The translations under genes were made by a program, and so were the position numbers. Shown here piece after piece: positions 27,000-40,035 of a stretch of 64,000 nt of DNA (within the stretch, counting starts at the first letter, position 1; every line of letters starts with the position of its first letter). A model generated the notes under the pieces. The model had not been told where the DNA came from and did no database searches. It worked only from the letters and a program-made list of their open reading frames with translations. The DNA comes from Octopus sinensis (taxonomy: Eukaryota): NCBI RefSeq assembly GCF_006345805.1, contig NC_043009.1, forward strand, positions 12,834,001 through 12,898,000, given 5' to 3'.

Positions 27000-28345
27000 G
27001 AAAATGATGACCGTCAAAATAATGTGCCGGATGTTATTTCTCATGTTCCGCAAATAAAATTAAAAAACAACATAAATGGACACGTGAGGAATATATTTCA
27101 ATCCTACACGCTTACTTTACAGCAGTGATCTACCCAAAGAACCACAACATATACATATAAAACACCACAACATATACATATAAAATCTGGAAGAAAAATA
27201 ACCTAAATAAAGACTTAGATATAGCAATTAACCCTAATAAATTAGCCAACATACAAAGATACATTCTCGAAACAAAAACAAATATCAGAAATAGAAATAG
27301 AACACTAAAAAGGAAAAATATATCAGGAAAATGTAGATAGTAACCACACAGCAATGCCAAATAATATCATAAGCACTGGAACTATAAAATACGAAGACAG
27401 ACATAACATGTTCAACAAAGACAAAGTAAACAATGAAAGACAACAAACGTAGACCGTAAGAATGTATAATGATGAGCAAAAAGCACCAAACCAGAACATC
27501 ACAGACAAACATATGAACAGGAAGGAAGGCGAAACAAATCTAGAACTTGGAAATAGTGAAGGTGAAACTAATGATTAGGATACTGTAAAAATGAACATAA
27601 TCAAAGAACTGATAGCCACAGATCCCAGTATTGGCCACCGATTGTACCTCCCAAAAATTAAAATTGATACTAAAACAACATCAGTTATAAATAGCATGAA
27701 TTTGGCCGTCACAGAACTAATAGGCACAGAAACAAATGTCAATATCATAATATATGCAGTAGCCACTGAGGCCACAAAAGAAGCTGGGTACTCCCTCAAA
27801 CCCACCCAAGCAGGAGTACCACCACCCAAATAAACCCTGTGGGTAAATTCAATACAGAAAACAATAGAAAACAAAAGAAAAGATCTGTCAATCCTTAACG
27901 AAACTAGTAGACAATCAACTTGGTAAAAATAAAATAGACATCAATGCAGCACCAACAGCAGAAGTGGAAGAATTTTGGAAAGAAATATGGTCAGTGAAGG
28001 AACAACCACAGAAAAAGTCTATCCAAACAACTAAGCAACTGGAAGGCACCCGGGCACGATAAGATCCCTAACTTCTGGTTAAAATATCTGACAGGAACAC
28101 ACAAAAAACTGGCTGAGGAATTTAATGATATACTAGCAGAGCCAGAGATAATGCCTGAATGGCTCACGATAGGGAAAACTATCCTAATTCCCAAATCTAC
28201 TGAGACGGCAAACCCACAAAATTACAGACCAATAACTTGTCTCCCTACAATTTACAAAGCCTTTACTGAGAATGAGCAAGTATCTGGAAGAAAATAACAT
28301 TTTTCCAGAAGAGCAGATGGGCTGCTGCAAGGGCTCATACGGTGT
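27000..28345 (+). pseudogene. R4/Dong-clade retrotransposon ORF remnant (N-terminal region and RT start, internally deleted)
   Basis: EVEEFWKEIWS, NWKAPGHDKIPNFWLK, PEWLTIGKTILIPK...NYRPITCLPTIYK, EEQMGCCKGSYG. Confidence 0.9.
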
Positions 28346-28393
28346 ATTTTTTGCGAGTATTGTTAACACTAGCAATCTCAAAATAAAGCTGTG

Positions 28394-28597
<204 letters not shown>

Positions 28598-28764
28598 GTA
28601 TATGTATATGTGTATATGCATGTATATTTTCTTAAAGTACAAATGTATATCTACTAGTATAGCTAATGTATTATAGATGATAATGCACAAAGACAAGGTT
28701 TATATCTTTTCTTGATTGACATTTTTGTGACTCAGGTACTATATGTGAATGTTTAATACAAAAG

Positions 28765-29730
28765 AAATGTAGGAACTGTCCGAATTACAAAGAGCCCGTA
28801 TTGTTGGTCAATCTGAAGGTGGACCTTAGCGTAAAATCGCAGAAAACCTTGGAATCTCGCTTTCTAAAGTTAATAGAGTGATTGTGCAATTCACCAGAGA
28901 GGGAAAGGAGTCCACATCACCTCTCCCAGGTCGACCAGGGCCTTCTGACAAGACCTTTCGCTTTGTTAAAAGAAGTGTGGAGGATACTCCTCGTTGCAAG
29001 GCCTCTGAAATAACAGAACAACTTAATGTCAATTCCAGAGCTGTTGTCAGGTATCTCCACAAACTTGACTACTTCGACTAGCCAATATCAAGTGGAGAAA
29101 AGATTGGGCCAGTGAGATGGTGGAGAGGCTACTAGCATTTTGGGACACTGTCATATTCTCTGATGTGTCCAAATTTGCTGTATTTTCCGACATTGGTCGA
29201 GTGTGGCTCTGGAGACTCTGTGATCAAGAATTTTACGTGAAAAGATTGCAGCCAACAATGAAGCACGACGGCTATTCTATGATGGTATGTGGAGCAATTT
29301 GGAGCAATGAGCGATCAGAGCTGGTGGAGAGTGAGGAAAATATAAACTCAAATAAAATATGTGTCCATATTGCATAAAGGGCTACTTCTAATCTTCTCCT
29401 GTGGTGAAATGATTAAAGAAGATTCTTTATTTATGGAAGATGGGGCTGTTTGTCACACGACTAAAAAGATCCCAGATTAGTTGGAAGCGAATGACTTTAA
29501 AAAGCTTTCGTGGCCAAGCCAATCACCAAATATGAACCCTAGTGAACAACTCTGGGGCATAATGGGCAAGACACTTCGTAAAACGAACAAGAAAACATCA
29601 TCAAAGTCAGAACGTTTGTGATTACTACATGAAGCTTGGCAAGAAATTCCTCAAGAGAATATTCATCATCTGATCAGTAGCGTGTCTAACAGGGCACTTC
29701 CATAAATGCAAAAATCATGTCTACTAGATA
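28765..29730 (+). pseudogene. Tc1-family DD34E transposase pseudogene
   Basis: HTH region [10 protein letters not shown]...PGRP; catalytic motifs VIFSDVSKF, FMEDGAVCH and WPSQSPNMNPSEQLW, with exactly 34 residues between the second D and E; internal stops. Confidence 0.92.
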
Positions 29731-30688
29731 TTTCATATTCCATTATAATAATTAATAAAATAATTTCAGCTTTAAATAAAATTTAACGATTATAAGAGTG
29801 TCTATTTACTCCTGTCATGTCTGTGTATATAATATACATGTAATAGAAGATTTAGTGTGTAGTGGTATATGAGAGCAACAGAATATTTTAATCGATTCTA
29901 AAGTTGATCGCAGATGTTTCAAATTAAAATTCTGGTAACGCTTTTCTCTCACTTCTGGTGCGTTAAATGGATTTAAATCATACAGAAAACACTATAAAAC
30001 ATACACCAAACACTCCATAATATTATCGTTTGTTTAAATACAGATTAGAATTATAAACACACTTCGTGAAGTTCATTAGCGCTTTCGTTACCATATCTTG
30101 TGCGGTTACAAGGTGACTTTTTACTCATGGAAGTATCAATGACTCCTGTTCTCTTTGCTAAAATGGACAACATGGCTTTTATTAAATACGGCTGAATAAT
30201 ACGGTTTTGGACGTGATAATTTTAATTTAGTTGTTGAGGTTTCGGTGGAAAATAAGAACTTGAAAAATAAATAAAAACATTACAAATTATATAAAAATGT
30301 TTTACTACCATTTTGTTTAATTCATTTTGTCATTAATTTTTTTTATTATTCACCCTGAAGAATAACCTTTCACACACCAATTCCTTGCAAACTGGATCTG
30401 CAAAGATTGTGCACCCTCTAGAAAATTACCACAGAGTTAACTCCTCTCAATATGTATGAGATAATATGAGAAAATTAATAAACTGTTACCCAAACAGCTC
30501 GAGATGTCAGATCCATTGATAATCGAGGGAACTTAAACTTAAAGATTTTAAAGGAACATTTTCCTTCCTGATGGATTTTCGAGAATAAAGGGTCGTAACC
30601 GTGACTAAGGAAACTCATGTTAATGGCAAAATCAGCATTACAAATATTCTACTTTATATGAAGTTCAACTAAGATCCAAAATGGATAA

Positions 30689-30911
30689 TGTTGTGTGGAC
30701 GCCCCAAGACGATGAAGTAGGCTAGCCCAATACGCAGATATAGAGGGAGAAGCCTAGACGTCTGTAGCAGTCGGAGTAGACTAGAACAGAGTTGAGTAGA
30801 GTTGAGAGTAGAGGAGAGTTGAGTAGTTGAGGCATCCGAACGTGCGACATAACAGTGGCGACGAGGATTAGCGTAGCTCACACAGCCACTGTGTAGTATT
30901 GCGACATAACG
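30689..30911 (+). mobile_element. collapsed Gypsy-like LTR element (LTR, PBS, terminal LTR stub)
   Basis: TGTTGTG...CATAACA (30689-30854), PBS TGGCGACGAGGAT (30856-30868), second TGCGACATAAC end, 5-bp TSD GATAA (30684-30688 and 30912-30916). Confidence 0.75.
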
Positions 30912-31216
30912 GATAACTTCTTCACCTGCTGAGGAAATGCTGTTGTTATATATAAATGCAACATAGACGCCGGCCCAAATACCACGGAATTGATAGCCAT
31001 AACGTCATCACCGACTCAGTATCACACTTGAGCCTTTTTTGCGCAACTGCAGAGGCATATACTCCTAGAAGTTGGTTCGTCTTGTGCAAACTCCAATCAA
31101 GCACTGCCAGCACATTTGTCGTCGTTCCGTATTTCGCCAACAATATGGTGAATCTAGTCGCCACCCAAACTTAGTTTTAACCACTTGCATTAGATCATTA
31201 GTTCTCAGAATGTTAT

Positions 31217-31645
31217 TAGGCGCAGGAGTGGCTGTGTGGTAAGTAGGTTGTCTACCAACCACATGGTTCCGGGTTCAGTCCCACTGCGTGACACCTTGGG
31301 CAAGTGTCTTCTACCTTAGCCTCGGACCGACCAAAGCCTTGTGAGTGAATTTGGTAGACGGAAACTGAAAGAAGCCCGTCGTATATATGTATATATATGT
31401 ATATATATGTATATATGCATGTGTGTGTTTGTGTGTCTGTGTTTGTCCCCCTAGCATTGCTTGACAACCGATGCTGGTGTGTTTATGTCCCCGTTACTTA
31501 GCGGTTCGGCAAAAGAGACCGATAGAATAAGTACTGGGCTTGCAAAAGAATAAGTCCTGGGGTCGATTTGCTCGACTAAAGGCGGTGCTCCAGCATGGCC
31601 GCAGTCAAATGACTGAAACAAGTAAAATATAAAAGATAAAAGATA
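31217..31645 (+). mobile_element. SINE family B, full length
   Basis: Complete head, CORE-like block, internal microsatellite and tail. Confidence 0.93.
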
Positions 31646-32005
31646 ATCTAGAATTGCATCCGCGTTTCCCTTTGCCTTACAATTGTCAGCTTGGATCTGT
31701 TCAAGAGGAACATTAACGAGCATTGAGAGCCTGAAAAGACCGCGCAGATTTCAGGTCAATAAAATCAGGTTATATGATATCTGCAAGGAAAATAAGAGAC
31801 CAACTGGAGAATTCGGGAGGATTGGCGTTCTAGAAAGAAACTACGTGGAAAATGTTTAGTTTGAGAAATGCTGGAGGTATTGGTGGTGATGGTGTTGGTG
31901 GTGGTGATGATGAAAATGATAAGGACGCATTTATTAGGGATAGCAGATTTGAGAAAAAGAAGAGATATGCATGTACCATTTGATCTAAGGTAGAGATAGT
32001 ATGTA

Positions 32006-32237
32006 AAGGCGGCGAGCTGGCAGAAACGTTAGCACGCCGGGCGAAATGCTTAGCGGTATTTCGTCTGCCGTTACGTTCTGAGTTCAAATTCCGCCGAGGT
32101 CGACTTTGCCTTTCATCCTTTCGGGGTCGATTAAATAAGTACCAGTTACGCACTAGAGTCGATATAATCGACTTAATCCGTTTGTGTTTCCTTGTTTGGC
32201 CCTTCTGTGTTTAGCCCCTTGTGGGCAGTAAAGAAAT
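32006..32237 (+). mobile_element. SINE family A with TSD
   Basis: Flanked by AGG(T/A)AGAGATAGTATGTAA on both sides. Confidence 0.95.
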
Positions 32238-32569
32238 AGGAAGAGATAGTATGTAAAGGTGCTTCATTTGAGCAGAGACTGTTTTAAAAAAACGATAGGA
32301 GAGAAAAGATACAGGTAACATATGTGTGGATTTTGAATTATAGAGAATTGATAAGTAAATGGTTAAATTACTTGCATGGCGTTGTCTTACATTCTATGTA
32401 TTATAAATGCCCTTTGTTACGTCACATTTCTGAAACCCTTTACAAATTCACAGAACGTATAATTTTAATAATTGCACTATGACCCACCTTCACTTCTTTG
32501 GTACGTACTCTCATCTATTACCTCTCCCTGCTACAAATCACAGTCTGCGGTAACGAAAATATTTTAATA

Positions 32570-32788
32570 TATTGGTTTCAAATTTTGGTACAAGGGCAGC
32601 AGGTTTAGGCGAAAGGTTATGTCGATTACATCCACCCTAGTAATCAACTGGTACTTATTTTATCGACCCCGGAAGGAGGAAAGGCAAAGCTGACCTCACC
32701 GGAATTTGAACTGAGATCGTAAGGACGGATGAAATGCCGCTAAGCATTTTGCCTGGCGTGCTCACGATTCTGCATGCTCGCTGCCTTG
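32570..32788 (-). mobile_element. older family-A-related SINE
   Basis: GGTACTTATTTTATCGACCCC...AAAGGCAAAG...GGAATTTGAACT...CTCGCTGCCTT. Confidence 0.8.
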
Positions 32789-33043
32789 GATACCACATTT
32801 CGTTTAGAAATCATAATATACTATCGAGTATACTAAATATCGGTTTATAAGGGAACACCGTGTCCTGCCTTCTTTTTTGTTAGTAGTGCGATTCAACCAC
32901 TTTTAAATTATGACGACACATATTCGATAGAATTTAAATCCACGTGTCTAATTTACGACGTTTCGTACACAAATCTGTTGACATAAACAATGCGATTCAA
33001 GATAGAAAAATACGTAATGGGTGTATATACTTACTTGAAAGTG

Positions 33044-33075
<32 letters not shown>

Positions 33076-33082
<7 letters not shown>

Positions 33083-33848
33083 AAAATTGAGGGAGATAAA
33101 TTAATATTAATTTTAATATCAATTTAAAACCAGTAGTCCAGCATTCAAAAAATCTGAGGGGGTCAGAGAAAATTCAAATATATGTGTATATTGGCAGGGC
33201 TGGCCTGCTAGGTAGCCGGCCAGAATGCTAGAAAAAGATCATCAACGATCAAACTACAAGGGAAATTCTCTAGAGGAAGAATTCAGCGAACACCAGAACC
33301 AACTTTGGCGGGCAGGACATATGAAAAATTATATAAATAACAGACTTAAATGCATACCTCGGTTTCGGTCTTAACAAAAGAATTACTTGCATAATTCAAG
33401 TGTCCGTGACTTCATCAGTACATTCGGTCCTCGAGATGCAAACCGCAAGACTAACCCCAGCTCTCTGTGTCAAGACAGACACGTGCTTAGTCTTACTGAT
33501 TACATCGGGAATAAAATTTCAAATGTCTTGGTTCCGGCGCGCTGAGAGACTCCTGAAGCGAAGGGTTGCAGTGAATAATTCACTGCGGGTAGTGCTTACA
33601 ACTAGGGAACGTATTTATTTAAATATTTAAAAATTGAGGGAGATAAATTAGTATTAATTTTAATATCAATTTAAAACCAGTAGTCCAGCATTCAAAAAAT
33701 CTGAGGGGTCAGAGAAAATTCAAATATATGTATATATTGGCAGGGCTGGCCTGCTAGGTAGCCGGCCAGAATGCTAGAAAAAGATCAACGATCAAACTAC
33801 AAGGGAAATTCTCTAGAGGAAGAATTCAGCGAACACCAGAACCAACTT
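33076..33848 (-). mobile_element. PLE-derived/retrozyme-like partial tandem (547-bp period) between (TA)n tracts
   Basis: Near-identical ~228-bp direct repeats at 33076-33305 and 33623-33848, with a hammerhead between them. Confidence 0.8.
33349..33424 (-). ncRNA. type I hammerhead ribozyme motif
   Basis: Minus strand: AATGTA-CTGATGA-(A)GTC...GAC(C)-GAAA-CCGAGG-TA-TGCATT; 6-bp stem I with one G-U pair, triplet GTA. Confidence 0.8.
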
Positions 33849-33895
33849 ATATATATATATTATATATATATATATATTATATATATATATATATA

Positions 33896-34231
33896 ACGAA
33901 GCTACTGAAAAGACTCCATAAATATATGCGATTGAAAGAAGGCGAGTGAGAAGATATTTAAAATGACTCCACATTAATTGCGAATCAGCTAATTTCAAGA
34001 TTAAAATCTTAAATAGATTTTCTTCTATCTTATGCGCAATATATGTAAAAAATATACGAACGAATATATATACATACCCATAAAAAAGCGCTGAAGACAG
34101 ACGAAAATCTATTTAAGATTTTGATCTTGATATTAGCTAATTTGCAATTAATGTGGAGTCTTTTTAATTATCTTCTCACTAGTCCACTTTCAATCGCACG
34201 TATTTATAGAGTTTTTTTTCGGTAGCTTCGT
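33896..34231. repeat. imperfect inverted repeat (~135-bp arms) next to (TA)n
   Basis: ACGAAGCTAC...CTCCACATTAATTGC...TCTTAAATAGATTTTC versus GAAAATCTATTTAAGA...GCAATTAATGTGGAG...GTAGCTTCGT. Confidence 0.88.
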
Positions 34232-34396
34232 AATGCATGGACATTAATTCAGTATGGAGAAGACAAGTCTTGCTTTGACTTTTTCCCTTAAAATAATTAT
34301 ATATATAATTTAATATATAAATTGCTATAGATTGCTTTTTTCCATGCTGACTACCTGATAATTATCATTAACGTGGTTTTTATCCTTATTTTATGA

Positions 34397-34476
<80 letters not shown>

Positions 34477-34504
34477 GCATACATAATAATACATACATAC
34501 ATAT

Positions 34505-34554
<50 letters not shown>

Positions 34555-34624
34555 GTACCATTTATTTGCATAAAAAACACTTCAGGAGTTTTGTGTTAAG
34601 AGTTCCGATATGTTTAATTAATCA

Positions 34625-34880
34625 GTCAAGAGTAGATTGAATGAAGTCGATGGACTCATTATGCAGAACCACTTGCACAAATGATGTATGTGCTGTACAT
34701 GAGATCACTCCCTCCATCAAATCGACATTGCCTGTACAAGGGGCACACGTGTACCGCACGTCAGATGTCGAAACGATCGTAGAGTAACGTGAAATGAAGT
34801 GCTTTGCTAAAGAACACAACGCGCCGTTCGACTCGGGAATCGAACCAACGATCTAGTGATCATGAATGCAACATACGAAC
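34625..34880 (-). mobile_element. degenerate tRNA-derived SINE
   Basis: Minus-strand GGTTCGATTCCCG B-box followed by a GTGTTCTTTAGCAAAGCACTT CORE-like block. Confidence 0.6.
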
Positions 34881-36012
34881 CTCAATCTGTATGTGTGTGA
34901 GTGCGCGCGCACACACACATCTTTACTACCATACACAGACATTATTTTCGAGATGCTGAAATATATATTAAAATTTCTCGAAGCATTTTGCATTCTCCTA
35001 AACTTTTAATCCTCATGAAATTAAACTAAATTGCTATATACACTCAAGCCTTTTCGCCTCACTTGATATTTAGAAATCTTCTATTGACCATAAATCTATA
35101 TTTTGTTCTTATTACGCATTATAAAAGAATGGAACACGAATGATTTGTTGAAAATAGAAAATTAAAATTGCATCAAGTATCGAAAGTTGCTTACATTCCA
35201 CCGCATCTAACATGTACATGAATTAATTTCTACCTATATATCACACGGTCATCTGTTCCATATTCATTAGTAGCAGTTAAGTCCTTAACGCCCTCGCTGA
35301 CTAACAATTAACTAACATCCTTGGAAAAACTAAAAATAGCTAAGAAATAATTACAAAGTTCCGGCAGGCATCGTTTCGTATTCAACAATTTCTGCTGTAC
35401 ACTCACTCTGCAGGTGTCCAATATTGCCAGTTCTTAAACGTTACATGGTTAACAAAGAGCAAAATAGATGATCGAGCAGAGCTAAAATAATTGTTTGTAT
35501 AAGAGCAAAGCCTGTTGAATGAGAAAGACAGGACTAATGGAAGAGATCACTCTATGGAAGTTTCTAATACAACATGACATCTGGAGAAGAATCTGTCGGA
35601 AGTAAACTCGCTTGATATTCGCGATGTAGAAACAATGAAAGGCTCTTCGGGTAATGAGTTTAAATTTATCTTTGCCAATATTGGAATTGTATGGAGGCAA
35701 GGTTGGTATTTTTTTTCTTTAATTCTGCTTCCAACATTGTAACGCATCACGACTCAAACATGAATACTATTGGCAATCATCGACTCTCATTTACCGAGCA
35801 TCATGCAACATCATCACCGCTGCCTGTTATTATCGGCGTCGCTATGAGCAATGCAACCATCTTACACCAGTGATCCTCTCGCCATTACTAATAATCGCTA
35901 TCATAACTATCATGGTCAACATCGTCGTCGACATTATCCTCCTTCTTGTCACCACCACCACCACCACCACCACCACCACCACCACACCATCACTGTCATC
36001 ATCATCATCATC

Positions 36013-36062
<50 letters not shown>

Positions 36063-36265
36063 AATAATCATCGTTGTTGTCATCGTCAACATTACAGTTA
36101 ACAATTTTAACCGTCACTAGGACACTCTGCATCACTAAGAGTGCAGCCGCAGCAACAACCCAAATTAATCTGCTAGAAATAGCAGTCGAGAGGAATACCT
36201 TTAGGAATACAGAATAAAAATCGTCCTGACCAGGCCAATTTAATCAAAGCTGTATTCAAACAAAA

Positions 36266-36335
<70 letters not shown>

Positions 36336-38245
36336 GCTGCTGCTGCTGTTGCTGCTGCCTACCCACAGACATTGCTCTCCACCAACAAATGTACGACTAC
36401 TCTCAGCTACCACAACTAACACAACCACTGCCACCATGGGCAATACGACCACCAACACTACTGCTAAAGCCATCGAACGCTAGCTATATAAGTACCAGAG
36501 TACTCTCGAAGCGTAAATTTATTTTCAGGCCTTCTATATCAAAAATTAGCTTATTTAACGTAAAATTCTTTTATCAACTTACACTCTTTTTCTGTCTATG
36601 TTTAGCTTTTATTTCTCTTCTTTTTCCTCAAAACGAATCCCATCTTCCCCAACTCAGTTTTATCCTCATCGGTTTACTTGGATAAAGAAAGAGGAAAACA
36701 TTTGAATTTTCTGATGGCGATAAGAAATAGGCCACACTATGCATCTTTACACTGGCCGTTCCTGAAGTGACGAGTGAGGCTTGTTGTAGCAACAATGACA
36801 GAGACAGCATCTAGCGACCCCTTTCCTGACGACATCGCACAATTTTGAGCAAGCTCTGTTACATGCGACTACTTCTTTGCAGTCACCAAGCGAAACTATT
36901 TAACTCAGCATTTACAAGAGCTCTGGTGAGAAAGATATCTTTTAGTGCACTATTATACATACTCTTTCTCAATATTATCACTGCTAATAAGTAAAGGTTT
37001 TACGAAAGTGGGTTTTACGAATCTTACATCCAGTCGTAGACACTTATCACTTGCAAAGCTGAACATATCGCCAGCTACTTAAAATCTAAGAAACAGATTT
37101 TTCCCTACTCCACTTCTTTTGGTGTTATTTTGCCATAATTCATCAAAGTAAACATCAAAGATATTTGGCTCAAGTCCGCTTCTATTCTCGACCAGTTAGA
37201 GATAGTATAACTGAACTCCAACTCACACATTAATCTAGGCTCTCGACCCAAGACAGAAGACTCCCTTCTGTACATATTTCTATCACCAAGTACCGCGAGG
37301 TACAATCAACGAAACCGTTTGGTGCGGGCACTTTTTTACTTTCTGCTACTCACCCAATCAGGCAACAAAACATTAGGAAGATAACATTAGTTATCTCCGA
37401 TAACTTACCATTTCTTGTCACCAACAAATAAATGCGTTGCATATTGTAGCGACATAGACTCGGATGATGAAAACGAAACCAATATGCTCAGGACAGTTAC
37501 CATGTAACAATGGTCCATAATAGCGAATACTTTAAACTGAGTTAAATGGATAAGAATATTACCAAGCCAGATCTAGAGCGGATCCACTCTGCAATATACA
37601 GTATGACGTTAGAGTTTGACAGAGAAAGATCTGGCGAAGATATCACAAATAAGCGCGTATGCAGCTATGTTACCAACAACATCTTTACCAAGAAAGAGCT
37701 TTAATTGTATTGATGACAACTTTGGGCACAGTTGTCAATTGTATCTCCATTTTTTAGGCCCTTTCTCAGCAATCCCACCACATCTCGGCTTACACCGTTT
37801 TCTAATCTGCTACCAGTACAGTAGACAGTAACGAACAAGTTTATTATGCTACAATGCTTTGTTAGGGAAGGTTAACTAGCCCTGGAAGATTTTCCAATCG
37901 TACAATCAGAAACATTCAACACCTCCTCGATTTAATCACCTGAAATCGGTTGGTAGCATTATTCAGCATCTTCGGTAGTGAAACGAGAGGAAATTTCAAA
38001 AGAACAAGATCTTTCTTCACCATGTTTCCAAAACCAGATACATCTGCTTCAGATTAGATAACACACACTCACTGATGTCAGCCAAATAACAAAGCGTGGA
38101 TTTGTGCAACGCTTTATTTCTTTCAGCCGAACTCGACAAAGCATTCATATAGTTTATAAGTATGTTGTCAATGGCTACTTACGTCTAAATCTTGTCGTAA
38201 GCAATGCCTTTTCTTTTCAGCTCATCTAGTTGATCGATTAGCTCT

Positions 38246-38283
<38 letters not shown>

Positions 38284-39370
38284 CCTGAATTAGATGAAGA
38301 ACCTGAAACCACTGCCACGAAAAATGCAAAACGGATCAGACAGACTGCAAAAAAGAACGGGCAGAACTAAATTGAGGAGCGGTAGAGTCAGAAGCCTCTG
38401 CGTGGAGAGTGTATACTTCGAAGCCGAAGTTCTGATACAGACCAAGCAACAATTCATCAATTACTGAGAAACTCAGGATTGAAAGCAGAGACTGAAAGCT
38501 TCATATTGGCGGCACAAGATCAAAGCTTGCTTACCAAAAAATAACCAGGCTAGCGTTTTTCAAAACGGTTCTGACCCTAAATGCAGATTCTGCGATAGAT
38601 TTGATGAAACAATAGACCATCTCGTCTCGGGATGTCCTATACGGACACCAAACGAATACAAATATCCCCACGATAGGGTAGGACATTATTTACATTGGAA
38701 AATATGTAAACACTACAAAATCAGCACTCCTACTTACTAATATGAGCCAGTCGTTGAAGGGAAAAATTGAGAGTCAACACTAACAGAAAGATCAGGGCTA
38801 ATCGACGAGACAGTCATTAAAGACAGAAAAGAAAATACTTGTAAACTAACAGATGTAAATGTTCCCCCTGATAAAACTATATGTTGTTGTTGCTTGTTCC
38901 TTCTCGAGCCATGCCTGGCTCATAAGGGCCGGGGTTTTCGGTTTCATTGGCGTATAGGTGCCCCACCCCTGGAAGAGACGCCGGTCCGTCATAAAAAATG
39001 TCTGTAAAGGAATTTGACAAATTAAGTAAATATAAGGATCTGGAAATTGAAATACAAAATATGTGGCATCTTAAAGCGAGAACAGTTTTTGTTATTGTGG
39101 GTGCCCTATGTAGGATAAGAAAGGGATGTCAAAACATCCTGGGGCAACCATGTCTCAGAGAAATCCAAAAGATTGTGCTGACAAGCACTGTCCCCATTCT
39201 TAGAATAACCCTACCAATTTAAATGTGTGTTCCATTACATAAAGATATTTTGTTACTTTCTTTCCCCAAGCTTTCAGTCATACTGTAACATCTCTTATCC
39301 TTCACTCGCCCTAGGACGCTGAGTGTGTCTCGGCGAGTGATTGTAACAAACATGCAGATTAAATGTAAAT
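38284..39370 (+). pseudogene. R4/Dong-clade retrotransposon 3' part (zinc knuckle and restriction-like endonuclease)
   Basis: GLKAETESFILAAQDQSL, CRFCDRFDETIDHLVSGC, HDRVGHYLHWKIC, KLSKYKDLEIEIQNMW; (TAA)n at both ends (38249-38283, 39367-39392); interrupted by a SINE-C tail fragment at about 38882-38990. Confidence 0.92.
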
Positions 39371-39872
39371 AATAAAATAATAATAATAATAATCCCTGTA
39401 CCAGGCAGTGGCTTTCATGGCTTCTCATCTTAACTGTTTGGAAGTGTTACCATATACATTGTTTTGTCTTTGTATAAAAGATGGGCTATAGCAAATATTC
39501 TGCTCAATACCACAGATTTGCTGGTCAGTGGTTTGACCTTGAATATATCCATTAGTGGTTGACGATATGTGCATCTCTGATCACGAGCAGAAGTAGTGGG
39601 GGAGCATCATAGCCATGTGTAGAGAAGAATTATTTGGGGTTTGAATAATTCACTTCTGGGAACATGGGTGTTTCGTTCAATATCCTTAAACAACACTTAT
39701 TCAGGGACCTTTTGAGCGGGATGGGCTACTCGTCCTGAAGAAAGTTACTGGGCCCCACCTGCAAGGTCATGCGCGGTTAATCTTGATATGCGAACACCAG
39801 GTCGCGCAGATATGGTTGTGATCCATGTGTACCCTTATTAGATGGATAGCACGTGATAAAAGGAAGGCTGCT

Positions 39873-39947
39873 AAATAATAATAATAACAATAATAATAAA
39901 TAATAATAATAATAATAACAATAATAATAATAATAATAATAATAATG

Positions 39948-39997
<50 letters not shown>

Positions 39998-40035
39998 AAT
40001 ACTAATAATAATAATATAATAATAATAATAATAAT
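39873..40035. repeat. (TAA)n microsatellite
   Basis: Direct reading. Confidence 0.95.

Noticed and set aside
31217-31290. tRNA-like sequences in SINE heads
   Set aside because: A/B boxes are present, but the sequence continues into SINE bodies without a proper cloverleaf or terminator; not tRNA genes.
37300-38240. Possible piggyBac-like transposase remnant on the minus strand
   Set aside because: Only faint motif echoes in broken frames; not supportable by eye.
39395-39870. Repeat-like segment between (TAA)n tracts, possibly the 5' region of another retroelement
   Set aside because: No second copy or diagnostic motif within the window.
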